Below are positions 10,931 through 20,530 of a stretch of DNA of 64,000 bases, piece after piece. The notes under the pieces were generated by a model that worked only from the letters and a program-made list of their open reading frames with translations, ran no database searches and was not told the origin of the DNA. The stretch comes from Spirochaetia bacterium (GTDB lineage: Bacteria; Spirochaetota; Spirochaetia; DSM-2461): positions 1,760,001 through 1,824,000 of the forward strand of contig CAXXIA010000002.1 in the NCBI GenBank assembly GCA_963666985.2. The letters are read 5' to 3'. How positions within the stretch are numbered: the stretch's first letter is position 1; each line of letters opens with the position of its first letter. The translations under genes were made by a program, and so were the position numbers.

Positions 10931-12139
10931 ATGAATGCCCTGGATGAACGCCTCGGACGCATTGAAGCGGTCCTCTCCGAAATACTGCCCGATATTGTTG
11001 ATTCCTTCTGGCTTTCCCGCGCCGCGGGTCAGGAGTGTTCCGAAGCGCGAACCGATTGGGCCGATACCTTTCTGGAGCCGGGGCGCGATCTGATGCGGCG
11101 CGGCGGGAAGCGCTGGCGGCCTTTGGTTACCGTGCTGACCTGCGAGGCCCTCGGCGGCGGGCGGCGGGCCGATATTCTGGCGCCGCTCACGGAGATTCCT
11201 CACAACGGATCGCTTATTATCGACGATATCGAGGATGCTTCCCTGACGCGCCGCGGCGCTCCGTCCGTTCATCTTCTCTATGGAACCGATCTCGCCGTCA
11301 ATATGGGGAATTTAATGTATTTCCTGCCCACCATGATTTTGGACGAATTGGAAAAACGAGGATTCGAAGAGACGGCCGCGGCCGCTCTGACGCGGGATTG
11401 GCTGGCGGTGATGCGCCGTCTGCACTTCGGTCAGGGCTATGACATTCTTTGGCACCGTGAAAAAGAACTTTTTCCGGACGAAGCTTCTTATCTGCGCATG
11501 TGCCGATTCAAAACCGGCAGTCTTTCCTCTCTGGCGGCTCGGCTGGGAGCCCGGGCGGCGCTGGCCGGTCAGAAAGAAGCGGCTGGTGAGGCCGATGAGG
11601 CGGCCGTCGGCGGAACAGCCAAATCAAGCGGTAGAATCGGCGCTCACAAACGCACTGAAAAAGCCGCTCATAAAACCGCTCGCAAAATTGCTGAAAAAGT
11701 ACCGCCCGCGAGCCGCCGCAGCGAAGACTTGATCGGCGCACTCGGCGCCGCGTGGGAAGACCTGGGCACGGGATTCCAGATACTGGACGACGTGCAGAAT
11801 CTCTCAACGGGCATTCCCGGCAAGGACCGCGGCGACGATATCGTCGAAGGAAAGAAAAGCCTGCCTGTTATCCTCCACGCGGCGAAAAGGCCCGAGGACG
11901 CCGGACGCCTCGCCGAACTTTTCGCCGCGGCGGCCGAACGGGCCCCGGCCGGCGATTGGTCGCCGGTGGAAGAGGCCATAACTCTTCTTCAGCGTTCCGG
12001 CTCGGTGGAAGAGGCCCGTGAGAAAGGCCGAAGGCTGCTCTCCGGCGGTCAAACGGCATTGGAAAATCTTTTGCCCGATAATGAAGCGCGGCGATTATTA
12101 CTCGACCTGGTGGACGGTTTCCGAAAAAAGATGATATAG
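10931..12139 (+). CDS. Polyprenyl synthetase
   Basis: GGKRWRP, LIIDDIED...RRG, FQILDD, DDIVEGKKS. Confidence 0.92.
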   Translation: MNALDERLGRIEAVLSEILPDIVDSFWLSRAAGQECSEARTDWADTFLEPGRDLMRRGGKRWRPLVTVLTCEALGGGRRADILAPLTEIPHNGSLIIDDIEDASLTRRGAPSVHLLYGTDLAVNMGNLMYFLPTMILDELEKRGFEETAAAALTRDWLAVMRRLHFGQGYDILWHREKELFPDEASYLRMCRFKTGSLSSLAARLGARAALAGQKEAAGEADEAAVGGTAKSSGRIGAHKRTEKAAHKTARKIAEKVPPASRRSEDLIGALGAAWEDLGTGFQILDDVQNLSTGIPGKDRGDDIVEGKKSLPVILHAAKRPEDAGRLAELFAAAAERAPAGDWSPVEEAITLLQRSGSVEEAREKGRRLLSGGQTALENLLPDNEARRLLLDLVDGFRKKMI

Positions 12140-12340
12140 GCGCAAGGCGATTTCAAATTTTCGAACGCTGTTTCAGGGGTCTTTCGTGCGGCAAAAAACG
12201 TTGGATTAATAAAATTGAAATCGCGTTGGCCGGCACCGCTTTGGGGATCACCCGAGAAAAAACACAAATTAACACCCTTGAGTGTGAGTTTTTGATAAGA
12301 ACTGTTGCATATTGTTTGGTTTGGTTCTACATTTTGAATC

Positions 12341-13132
12341 GTGGATGCGCAGAACAATCCCATTCCGGCCGAACGCCGACAGATTATCTTAAGTGAAATA
12401 CGAACGCAGGGAGCGGTTCGCGTGGATGAACTCGGCCGGCGCTTTGATGTTTCCGAAATGACCGTGCGCCGGGATTTGGACGCGCTGGAAGCCGAAGGAC
12501 TTTTGGAGCGCACACACGGCGGAGCCATCGCGCTGCAGCATATGACCGGTGAGCGGCGGTATCGCGAAAAGGACGAGGAAAACCGTGAAGCCAAGGAGCG
12601 CATCGGCCGCTTGGCCGCCGCCATGGTCGCCGACGGGGAAACCGTTCTTATCAATTCCGGCTCCACCACGCGTCAGGTTATCCGCAACCTGATTCCCCGC
12701 AAAGGCATTCGCATCGTTACCAACAACATCGCCGCCGAAGCCGATCTCCCGGATAACTGCGAAGCGGAAATTTTGCTTCTCGGCGGCCGTTATCGAAGCG
12801 CGGCCGGATGCACAGTCGGGGACTGGGCCGCACGTTTCCTTGAAGAATTAGCGCCCGCCCGGGCCATTCTGGGCGCGGACGGAATCAGTCTGAAAGAGGG
12901 CTTGAGCTCTCCCATTCCGGAAGAAGCCGCCCTTACGCGGCTCATGATTTCCCGGACGCGGGGGCCGGTGATGGTGGTGGCCGATTCGGGGAAGATCGGA
13001 CGGGTTTGTGAATTCGGCATCGGGCCGATTTCCAAGATCGATATATTGGTGACCGAACAGGGTGAGGGGAGGCCCTGGTCTGAAGACTTTGCCGCCGCGG
13101 GTATCGAAGTGATTTCCGATTTCGGCGGGTGA
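12341..13132 (+). CDS. DeoR/GlpR family transcriptional regulator
   Basis: VSEMTVRRDL HTH, RTHGGA, NSGSTT, ADSGK. Confidence 0.93.
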   Translation: MDAQNNPIPAERRQIILSEIRTQGAVRVDELGRRFDVSEMTVRRDLDALEAEGLLERTHGGAIALQHMTGERRYREKDEENREAKERIGRLAAAMVADGETVLINSGSTTRQVIRNLIPRKGIRIVTNNIAAEADLPDNCEAEILLLGGRYRSAAGCTVGDWAARFLEELAPARAILGADGISLKEGLSSPIPEEAALTRLMISRTRGPVMVVADSGKIGRVCEFGIGPISKIDILVTEQGEGRPWSEDFAAAGIEVISDFGG

Positions 13133-13463
13133 GAGACGTTCTTAAGGCTCCGTTAAGGAAACGGCTGAGCCTTGGGAATCAGCGGTGAAATCTTGTGCCG
13201 TCTTGCGGTGTGTGAGTGCGGGTAAAAAAACAGACGGCTCTTAACGGCAAATGATAAATCGGCGACCGTACTGCGGCTGTCGCGCCAAAACTCCGAACCC
13301 GATATCAGCCGCCGCTGAAACCGGCGGCCCTGTCCGCCGCGCGGCTGGCCGACATAAAAAAGAAAACTTCAGCCCCGTGCTCAAGGCTCCCGGCCGAGAG
13401 TCCGGCGGCGCGCGGCTGTCGAACAAAATAGATAAAGAAACAAAGAAACGAGGAGAGAAAAAC

Positions 13464-14603
13464 ATGGATAAGTATTTGGAAACCTACGGAGATCAGTACA
13501 AAAGCTGTCAGTGGATTGAATTCAGCCTGCTCGAAGACTTCATGAAACAGTGCCTGGTGAACATCGGCGTACCCGAGGCCGACGCCGACATCATCACCGA
13601 CGTACTCATCGAATCGGACAAACGGGGCATCGACTCGCACGGCATCGGACGGCTCAAGCCCATTTACCTGGACCGCATCGACGCCGGCATCCTCAATCCC
13701 AAGACCAAAATCGATGTAGTCAAAGACACCGAGACCACCGCGGTCCTGGACGGAAACAACGGCATGGGCCATGTGGTTTCCAAAAAGGCCATGGGCATGG
13801 CCATTGAAAAAGCCAAGAAATACGGCCTGGGCATGGTCACCGTGCGCAACTCCACCCATTACGGCATCGCCGGATACTATGCCACCATGGCCTCGGATGC
13901 CGGAATGATCGGCGTAACCGGAACCAACGCCCGGCCCTCCATCGCCCCCACAAACGGTGTGGAAAACATGCTCGGCACCAACCCGCTCACCTTCGGTTTT
14001 CCCACCGACGAGGAATTTCCCTTTGTTCTGGACTGCGCCACCAGCGTGTCCCAGCGCGGCAAAATCGAAATGTACAGCCGCGCCGGTAAAGAACTCCCCC
14101 CCGGCTGGGTTATCGACAAGAAAGGCGAAACCCGAACCGACACCGATCAGGTTCTCGTAGACCTTACCAAAGGCCTCGCGGCCCTGGCCCCCCTCGGAGG
14201 ACTGGGCGAAGTCACCGCCGGATACAAAGGCTACGGATACGCCACCGTCGTCGAAGTGCTCTCGGCCGCCCTTCAGGACGGATCCTACCTCAAGGCCCTC
14301 AATGGAACCGACGCGAACGGAAAGAAAATTCCCTACCCCCTGGGCCACTTTTTCATCGCCATCGACATCGAACATTTCGTGCCGATGTCCGTCTTCAAAC
14401 GCATCGCGGGCGCCATCATGCGCGACTTGCGCGCCTCCGAAAAAGCCCCCGGCGCCGACCGAATCTTCACGGCCGGCGAAAAAGAATATCTGGCCCGGAA
14501 GTACCGCACGGAACACGGCTGCCCGGTTCCCGAAGCCCTGCAGAAAGTCATGACCGACTGCCGCGCGCGCTGGAATCTGAACTTTAAATATCCCTGGGAT
14601 TAA
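13464..14603 (+). CDS. Ldh_2 family oxidoreductase (malate/L-sulfolactate dehydrogenase type)
   Basis: RGIDSHG, NSTHYG, LGTNP, GYKGYG; AGGAG RBS. Confidence 0.9.
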   Translation: MDKYLETYGDQYKSCQWIEFSLLEDFMKQCLVNIGVPEADADIITDVLIESDKRGIDSHGIGRLKPIYLDRIDAGILNPKTKIDVVKDTETTAVLDGNNGMGHVVSKKAMGMAIEKAKKYGLGMVTVRNSTHYGIAGYYATMASDAGMIGVTGTNARPSIAPTNGVENMLGTNPLTFGFPTDEEFPFVLDCATSVSQRGKIEMYSRAGKELPPGWVIDKKGETRTDTDQVLVDLTKGLAALAPLGGLGEVTAGYKGYGYATVVEVLSAALQDGSYLKALNGTDANGKKIPYPLGHFFIAIDIEHFVPMSVFKRIAGAIMRDLRASEKAPGADRIFTAGEKEYLARKYRTEHGCPVPEALQKVMTDCRARWNLNFKYPWD

Positions 14604-14728
14604 TAAATCCCTTTTTAAGGGGTGACCCCCGAAGCTCCCCGCGTTCAGCCTCGGCCGGATCGGTTTTCGGCCATCCGGCCGAGCTCAGCGCCCTGAGCAA
14701 AACAGATGAATAAAATAAGGAAACAACA

Positions 14729-16009
14729 ATGGACGACATGAAGCAAAAAGCCCTGGCCTACCACCAACTCTACGGCAAGCCCGGCAAACTGGAAGTTAAT
14801 GCCACCAAACCCTGTACCACCGCCGATGAACTCTCCCTGGCCTATTCGCCGGGCGTGGCCTACCCCGTATTGGAAGTCGCCGACGATCCGGAAAACGCCT
14901 ACCGCTACACCAACAAAGGCAACCTGATCGCGGTTATCTCGAACGGAACCGCCATCCTGGGTCTCGGCGACCGCGGGGCGCTCGCCTCCAAACCGGTAAT
15001 GGAAGGCAAAGGCGTTCTCTTCAAGAGATTCGCCGACATCGACGTGTTCGACATCGAACTGAACACCAAAGACGCCGACAAAATCATCGATATTGTTAAG
15101 GCTCTGGAACCCACCTTCGGCGGCGTGAATCTCGAGGACATCGGCTCGCCCGACTGCTTTAAAATCGAGCAGGAACTCATCAAGAAATGCAATATCCCGA
15201 TTTTTCATGACGATCAGCACGGTACGGCCATCATCTGCACCGCCGGACTTCTGAACGCCGCCGAAGTTACCGGCCGCAACCTGGCCGATATGAAAGTCGT
15301 CTTCAACGGCGCCGGCGCCGCCGGAATCAGCTGCGGCAAAATGTTCATCGATGCCGGTGTGAAGAAAGAAAATCTTCTGATGTGCGACAGCAAAGGCGTC
15401 ATTTCCAAGGACCGCCCCAGCCTCACCCCGGAGAAGGCTCTCTTTGCAACCGCCCGTCCCGAACGAACCCTCGCCGAAGCGGTGAAAGGCGCCGACGTTT
15501 TCGTGGGCCTCTCCGTTGCCGACGTGCTGACTCCCGAGATGCTCTTAAGCATGAACGCCAACCCCGTCGTTTTCGCCATGGCCAACCCCAACCCGGAAAT
15601 CACCTATCCACTGGCCAAGGAAACCCGCGAGGATGTCATCATGGGAACAGGCCGCTCCGACTACCCGAACCAGGTGAACAACGTGCTCGGCTTCCCGTTC
15701 ATCTTCCGCGGCGCCCTGGACGTCCGCGCGACAAAAATTTCCGAAGGCATGAAAATGGCCGCCGCCAAAGCCCTGGCCGCCCTGGCCAAAGAACCCGTGC
15801 CCGATGAAGTCCGCAAAGCCTATGGCCGCGACTTCACCTTCGGCCCCGAATACGTGGTTCCCAAACCCTTCGACCCCCGAGTCATCGAGTGGGAAGCCGT
15901 GGCCGTGGCCAAAGCCGCCTGCGCCGAAGGCCTGGCCGCCAAACCCATTAGCGACTGGGATGCCTACGCCGCTTCATTGCGTAAGCGAATGGTCAAATAC
16001 TGGAAATAA
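14729..16009 (+). CDS. NAD(P)-dependent malic enzyme (short form)
   Basis: LSLAYSPGV, KPVMEGK, HDDQHGT, GAGAAG, NQVNNVLGFP. Confidence 0.93.
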   Translation: MDDMKQKALAYHQLYGKPGKLEVNATKPCTTADELSLAYSPGVAYPVLEVADDPENAYRYTNKGNLIAVISNGTAILGLGDRGALASKPVMEGKGVLFKRFADIDVFDIELNTKDADKIIDIVKALEPTFGGVNLEDIGSPDCFKIEQELIKKCNIPIFHDDQHGTAIICTAGLLNAAEVTGRNLADMKVVFNGAGAAGISCGKMFIDAGVKKENLLMCDSKGVISKDRPSLTPEKALFATARPERTLAEAVKGADVFVGLSVADVLTPEMLLSMNANPVVFAMANPNPEITYPLAKETREDVIMGTGRSDYPNQVNNVLGFPFIFRGALDVRATKISEGMKMAAAKALAALAKEPVPDEVRKAYGRDFTFGPEYVVPKPFDPRVIEWEAVAVAKAACAEGLAAKPISDWDAYAASLRKRMVKYWK

Positions 16010-16018
16010 TCTTTAAGC

Positions 16019-16049
16019 GGCCGACCGGGAAAATTTCCCCCGGTCGGCC
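16019..16049 (+). terminator. GC-rich stem-loop after malic enzyme gene
   Basis: GGCCGACCGGG...CCCGGTCGGCC; weak U tail. Confidence 0.55.
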
Positions 16050-16245
16050 TTGGCCGATCAATCCCGCGTTGCCGGAAGTCCGTTTTAGCCTGCTTTTTCA
16101 TTTTTTCAGGCCTCTCTCCTTACGGCTCTTAATTTCCAATAACATTACGAGTATTCGCCGAGTTCCCGGCTATTCCGAGCGGGGGGAGCCGCGCGTTCCT
16201 CCAACCCCTTTTCACTCAGTGCGGCTCCGAGTCATCATGCTCCCG

Positions 16246-16899
16246 ATGAAACAAGCAATACTTTTCGACAACGACGGCACCTTGAGTGATTCGGTCCCTA
16301 TTTGCCAAGAAGCGACGAATCAAGTTCTTACAGCCCGAGGATTTCTACCGGTCTCATTAGCTCAGATTTCCGCCGGTATGCGTCTGGAAACACCCTTGCG
16401 AATGATGGAGCACGCCGGTATTGACGATATCGCTTTGGGGCGAATCATGTCCGATGAATATTATATCCAAGCCCAGCCTCTCGCGGAAAAAACAAAAATC
16501 TTCCCCGGGATAGCCGAAATGCTGGAACAGCTGATCGACGCCGGTTTTAAACTCGGAATAGTCAGCAATAACAGCACGACCTTTATTCAAAGAGTTCTCG
16601 AAAGGAACAAAATTTCGCGCTTTTTTTCAGTCCTCATCGGTGATGATAACGCCGATGAGATCAAACCTCTTCCCGGAGGACTGCTGCAGGCATGCCGGAT
16701 CCTTGGAGTCAAGCCGGAGGATGCGGTGTATGTCGGTGACGGACCTTCCGATGTCAAGGCCGCGGCCTCAGCTTCGATTCGATCCATCGGTGCCTGCTGG
16801 GATTCTTTTGCCCGAGAAAAAATCCGTCAAATGGGATTCGACCGGCTCGTCGAGACCCCTGCGGATGTTTTTTCTTCTGTCTCTACCTTATCTTCCTGA
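16246..16899 (+). CDS. HAD-family hydrolase (phosphoglycolate phosphatase-like)
   Basis: FDNDGTL, VSNN, KP, YVGDGPSD motifs. Confidence 0.9.
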   Translation: MKQAILFDNDGTLSDSVPICQEATNQVLTARGFLPVSLAQISAGMRLETPLRMMEHAGIDDIALGRIMSDEYYIQAQPLAEKTKIFPGIAEMLEQLIDAGFKLGIVSNNSTTFIQRVLERNKISRFFSVLIGDDNADEIKPLPGGLLQACRILGVKPEDAVYVGDGPSDVKAAASASIRSIGACWDSFAREKIRQMGFDRLVETPADVFSSVSTLSS

Positions 16900-16951
16900 T
16901 TAAAGGTCTTTAATCCGACTTCGTCTTTCATCCTGTATTATCTTATTTTGG

Positions 16952-17140
16952 GATTATTTCCTTATCACGAATAATAGTGGGTCTTTTGGCCCATTTCTTC
17001 CGATTAATTCCTTATTACGAACAAATTGAAGCACTTTGATGAAAGCCGCTTCCGATTAATTCCTTAAAGCGAATTCGCATTATATCTTTATAGCTGTATG
17101 AAGCTTGATAATCCTTCATTATTAATTTTTTATCACGAAT
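16952..17140. repeat. Four degenerate 21-bp direct repeats (GATTAATTCCTTATCACGAAT consensus) downstream of the integrase
   Basis: Copies at 16952, 17002, 17054, 17120; the last overlaps the integrase stop codon. Confidence 0.7.
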
Positions 17141-17966
17141 TCGTATCATCCAACGGGGATCTGACTTGCTTCAAGATTTCATCAGTCATATGCGTATACA
17201 TCATTGTTGTTTTCAGGTTTGAATGGCCCAACTGGCTTTGAATAACCCGAACGTCTGTTCCTCGTTCCAATAGATGTGTGGCAAAAGAATGCCTTAATGT
17301 ATGACAGGAAGCTTTTTTTCTTATCCCTACGTGTCCTTTGGCCTTTTCGAAAGCGGCCTGTACTGATCTAATTTGATATCTTCGTCCGCTTCTGGTTGTA
17401 AAAAGCGGGTCCTTTCCGTTTCTTTCTCCGATGATTGAGGATAATTCAGGGATTAATGTATGTGGGAGAACGACATAACGATCCTTTGCTCCCTTTCCAC
17501 GCTTAACATGAATCCGTCCATATTCTAAATCAAGATCACCAATATTAAGAGCAACTAATTCACCGACCCGCAGACCTGATCCGTATAATAGTGCAAGCAT
17601 GAGCCGATGCTTCCTGTTGTTAACAGCGTCCAGTAGTTTTACAACTTCTGTTGGGGTTAAAACGGCCGGTAAGGATCTAGATCGCTTTCTTCGAAGAGAA
17701 AAAACTTCTAGCGGCATCCTTAAGTAATCATGATAAAAGAATTTAAGTGCAGCAAATGCCATTTCACGACTTGCCTCTTTATCTTCAAAAGACTCAAGAA
17801 AATACCGAACTTTTTCTTCTCTCCCTAAATTCCGTCGAGATATTGTAAACTCAAGATAACGGGACAACATTTGTGTATAAGCCTTAATTGTCCGCTCAGA
17901 ATAGCCCCTAATCACAAGTTCTCTTTTATAGTTGTTGATAAGTGATTCCTTGGATATGATCTTCAT
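17133..17966 (-). CDS. intI: Integron-integrase-like tyrosine recombinase, short form lacking the IntI-specific insertion
   Basis: RGYSERTIKAY N-terminus, LPAVLTPTEV, LLYGSGLR, GKGAKDR, HTLRHSFATHLL, LGH, MYTH; divergent from the cassette array. Confidence 0.85.
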   Translation of the reverse strand: MKIISKESLINNYKRELVIRGYSERTIKAYTQMLSRYLEFTISRRNLGREEKVRYFLESFEDKEASREMAFAALKFFYHDYLRMPLEVFSLRRKRSRSLPAVLTPTEVVKLLDAVNNRKHRLMLALLYGSGLRVGELVALNIGDLDLEYGRIHVKRGKGAKDRYVVLPHTLIPELSSIIGERNGKDPLFTTRSGRRYQIRSVQAAFEKAKGHVGIRKKASCHTLRHSFATHLLERGTDVRVIQSQLGHSNLKTTMMYTHMTDEILKQVRSPLDDTNS

Positions 17967-18029
17967 ATGCGTTATAACGCTTTGTTAGCTCATTTTTCTT
18001 GATAAGAGACTAATTAAAAGATGATTAAT

Positions 18030-18060
18030 GTATCGAGTTAGCATCTATGATGAGTTATAA
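18030..18060 (+). other. attI: Putative attI site (crossover G/TT at 18054)
   Basis: GTTATAAGCCATTTT is the exact reverse complement of the cassette 1 end (19201-19215); GAGTTA repeated at 18035 and 18052; no attC body upstream. Confidence 0.75.
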
Positions 18061-18268
18061 GCCATTTTTCTGTATAGATTTATATGTAACAAATAAGAAT
18101 AACAAATAGCGCCAGATGGATTATTCGCAAAAGGAGAACGCGCGATAGCTATAAGGCGGTCCTTGAAGTATACTAAGTATACAGAAATTGCTTCTCTTCA
18201 CACTTCATTTGGCATTTACTCTCTTCTGAGTTGAGGAGATTACGATTTTGAACAAAGGAGGAGTGAAA

Positions 18269-19162
18269 ATGAGGATCGGGACGTTCAATGTAGAGAATCT
18301 ATTTGCGAGGTATAGATTTAACAGCAACTTTGATCCGATTAATAGCGATGGATTTTCAATAAATAATCTTGCTTTTAGCATTAACGATGAAACTGCAAAA
18401 CAAATAACCGCAAAGGCAATACGAGAAGTAGATGCTGATATCTTAGCATTACAGGAAGTTGATAATCTAAAAGTTCTTGATCGATTTGTTTCAAGCTATC
18501 TTGCAAAAGAAAAGTATAAGCATCGGATATTGATTGATGCATTTGATCCAAGAAATATCGATGTTGCACTCATTTCTAGATATCCAATTAAGAATGTAAA
18601 AACTTATAGGTCTGAAAGAAATAGATCAAATACTGCGAGTCTTTTCTCAAGAGATTGTCTTGAGGTTGTGATTGATGCTGAAGGAAAAGAATTGACGGTA
18701 TATGTTAATCATTTCAAATCAATGTTAGGTGGTCGTGATAATACTTTTACTAGGAGAAAAGAACAAGTTGAAAAAGTTGCTGAAATTATAAAGGAAGCAT
18801 GGCAGATAAAGAACTACGAAGGCAACTATGCAGTAGTCGGTGATTTTAATGATTATTTAGAAGGCCGGACCTCGCTGACTGATTTGATTACACATCCAGG
18901 ATTGAAGAATGTCAGTGAACGTATTTTAGAATCAGAAAGATGGACTCACTTTTGGGCCGGTGGCAATGAATATAGACAATTAGATTTCATACTACTATCC
19001 CCTCAGTTGGCCGAAATAAATAATAATGCTCCAGACATAATGAGAATGGGGCTTCCTTATCGAGCCGAAAAATATTCTGGAGATCGGTTTGATTTCGTTG
19101 GAGAAAACACTCCAAAGGCGTCTGATCATTGTCCTATTGTCATGGATATAGAATTAGTTTAG
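18269..19162 (+). CDS. Endonuclease/exonuclease/phosphatase family protein (cassette 1)
   Basis: TFNVENLF, LQEV, NHFKS, GDFND, LDFI, SDHCP; GGAGG RBS. Confidence 0.9.
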   Translation: MRIGTFNVENLFARYRFNSNFDPINSDGFSINNLAFSINDETAKQITAKAIREVDADILALQEVDNLKVLDRFVSSYLAKEKYKHRILIDAFDPRNIDVALISRYPIKNVKTYRSERNRSNTASLFSRDCLEVVIDAEGKELTVYVNHFKSMLGGRDNTFTRRKEQVEKVAEIIKEAWQIKNYEGNYAVVGDFNDYLEGRTSLTDLITHPGLKNVSERILESERWTHFWAGGNEYRQLDFILLSPQLAEINNNAPDIMRMGLPYRAEKYSGDRFDFVGENTPKASDHCPIVMDIELV

Positions 19163-19208
19163 ATCGTAAAAGGAATTAGGATAGGTAATACTACTCAGAC
19201 AAAATGGC

Positions 19209-19426
19209 TTATAACAGCTGTTGATGCGCTCCGGCCGCTAAAAGTGTTTAGCGGCCTCCGGGGCTTCGCCCAAATTTCGTTTTGGCATGGCGTCTTGCAG
19301 ATGCAGATCCAGAAGTGATGTGATACAGTCAAAGGCGAACATGGTGTTGCTGTAGAAGAGCAAGAGCACATGCCAACCGGCTTTCAGCCGGACACGAAAC
19401 GTTCGCATAACAGCGGGCCGTTAATT
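19209..19426 (+). repeat. attC: attC-like site 1 (type A, 218 bp)
   Basis: AACAGCTGTTGATGCG...CGCATAACAGCGGGCCGTT. Confidence 0.85.
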
Positions 19427-19468
19427 GCAATATCGAGGACTCCGTTTTATAGAAAGGAGTTGAATGAC

Positions 19469-20203
19469 GTGAAAAACAAAATCTTGATCGCTTCAATAAT
19501 AGCAGTTCTATGTTTCCCTTTTGTGATCTATCTAACTAGATTTCCTGGACTATACTCTGCTAACTCGGTGGAATGGGGAATCTTCGGAACGTTTATTGGT
19601 GGACTACTATCATCAATTTTCGCTGGTTTGAGTTTTATTGTAGTCTTACTTGTATATTGGCGCTCAAATGAGGATAGAAAGAATCGAGAGTCGCGCGAAA
19701 CAGTTCTTAAACTGCTGGAAGAGCTAAGTAATAGATATAAGAAAATTGTGATTAGAATTGAAGATACTGCTCAGATCGGAGAAATGGTATTTTCCTATTT
19801 TAATAGTAGTGCTTTTCAGCTTTATAAATTGTACCAAGACTATCTTAAAAACAAAGAAAATGAAAACCTTAAGGGACAGGTTAAGGCGCAAGCCTTACAG
19901 ATGGTCTTCTCAATCAATACAATACGCGAGTATCTACGATTTGTTGTTCTTACTTATCGATACATTGTGAATAAGTCAATTGAGAAAGAATTTCTTTCAA
20001 TACTATCAGCAAGACTTACAGAACAAGAGATGATAGCTCTTTCTATTTTGTTGTATGACGAAATTGAAGCTGATGACAATTTGTTTAGCTATTTAAAGAA
20101 TATGAAATACGGACCAATCGAAGGCTATGCTGCAATCGGAAGAAGTCTTACAGATGCCTTAAAGCTGAATTCTCCGGAACTACCATCAAATTTGAGTTTA
20201 TGA
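19469..20203 (+). CDS. Membrane protein, putative abortive-infection (putAbiC-like) family (cassette 2)
   Basis: Two TM segments with WGIFGTFIGG motif; C-terminal ILSARLTEQE; AAGGAG RBS before GTG. Confidence 0.55.
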   Translation: MKNKILIASIIAVLCFPFVIYLTRFPGLYSANSVEWGIFGTFIGGLLSSIFAGLSFIVVLLVYWRSNEDRKNRESRETVLKLLEELSNRYKKIVIRIEDTAQIGEMVFSYFNSSAFQLYKLYQDYLKNKENENLKGQVKAQALQMVFSINTIREYLRFVVLTYRYIVNKSIEKEFLSILSARLTEQEMIALSILLYDEIEADDNLFSYLKNMKYGPIEGYAAIGRSLTDALKLNSPELPSNLSL

Positions 20204-20268
20204 TTAGGAATTATTGATTTACATGGAGAAGCGAGAATAATTGCTGGTTAGAAATGAAACGATACTGC

Positions 20269-20476
20269 AATTAACAGCTGTTGATGCGCTCCGGCCGCTA
20301 AAAGTGTTTAGCGGCCTCCGGGGCTTCGCCCAAATTTGCCTCTGTCATAGATTTTGCGAATGTCTGGCACTGTGGTAAGATGAGTTGCGGTTAGCGGTTG
20401 AGGTTGTGAAGAATCGCAAAATCTCCGCCAGTCGCTACGCGAACGGCAAACTTCGCATACCAGCGGACCGTTATTT
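20269..20476 (+). repeat. attC: attC-like site 2 (type B, 208 bp)
   Basis: Conserved termini; TTTGCC...AGATTTTGCG...CGCAAAATCT...GGCAAA arms. Confidence 0.85.
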
Positions 20477-20530
20477 GCAAGAATGAATGACGATTTCTCC
20501 TCGCCCATCCATGGGCTCGGTGGTTAGAAG

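Noticed and set aside
13305..15603. Long antisense ORFs opposite Ldh_2 and malic enzyme
   Set aside because: Shadow frames caused by high third-position GC; no motifs.
17050..17100. Chromosomal dif site at AATTCGCATTATATCTTTATAGC
   Set aside because: Only a partial XerC-like arm; there is no TTATGTTAAA XerD arm.
17133..17966. Housekeeping XerC/XerD call
   Set aside because: IntI-like N-terminal motifs, AT-rich composition and position 87 bp from the first cassette argue against it.
17880..18100. LexA box and Pc promoter
   Set aside because: No CTGT-N8-ACAG and no convincing -35/-10 pair with proper spacing could be seen.
19370..19468. Upstream start of the cassette 2 ORF
   Set aside because: It lies inside the attC; an RBS supports GTG at 19469.
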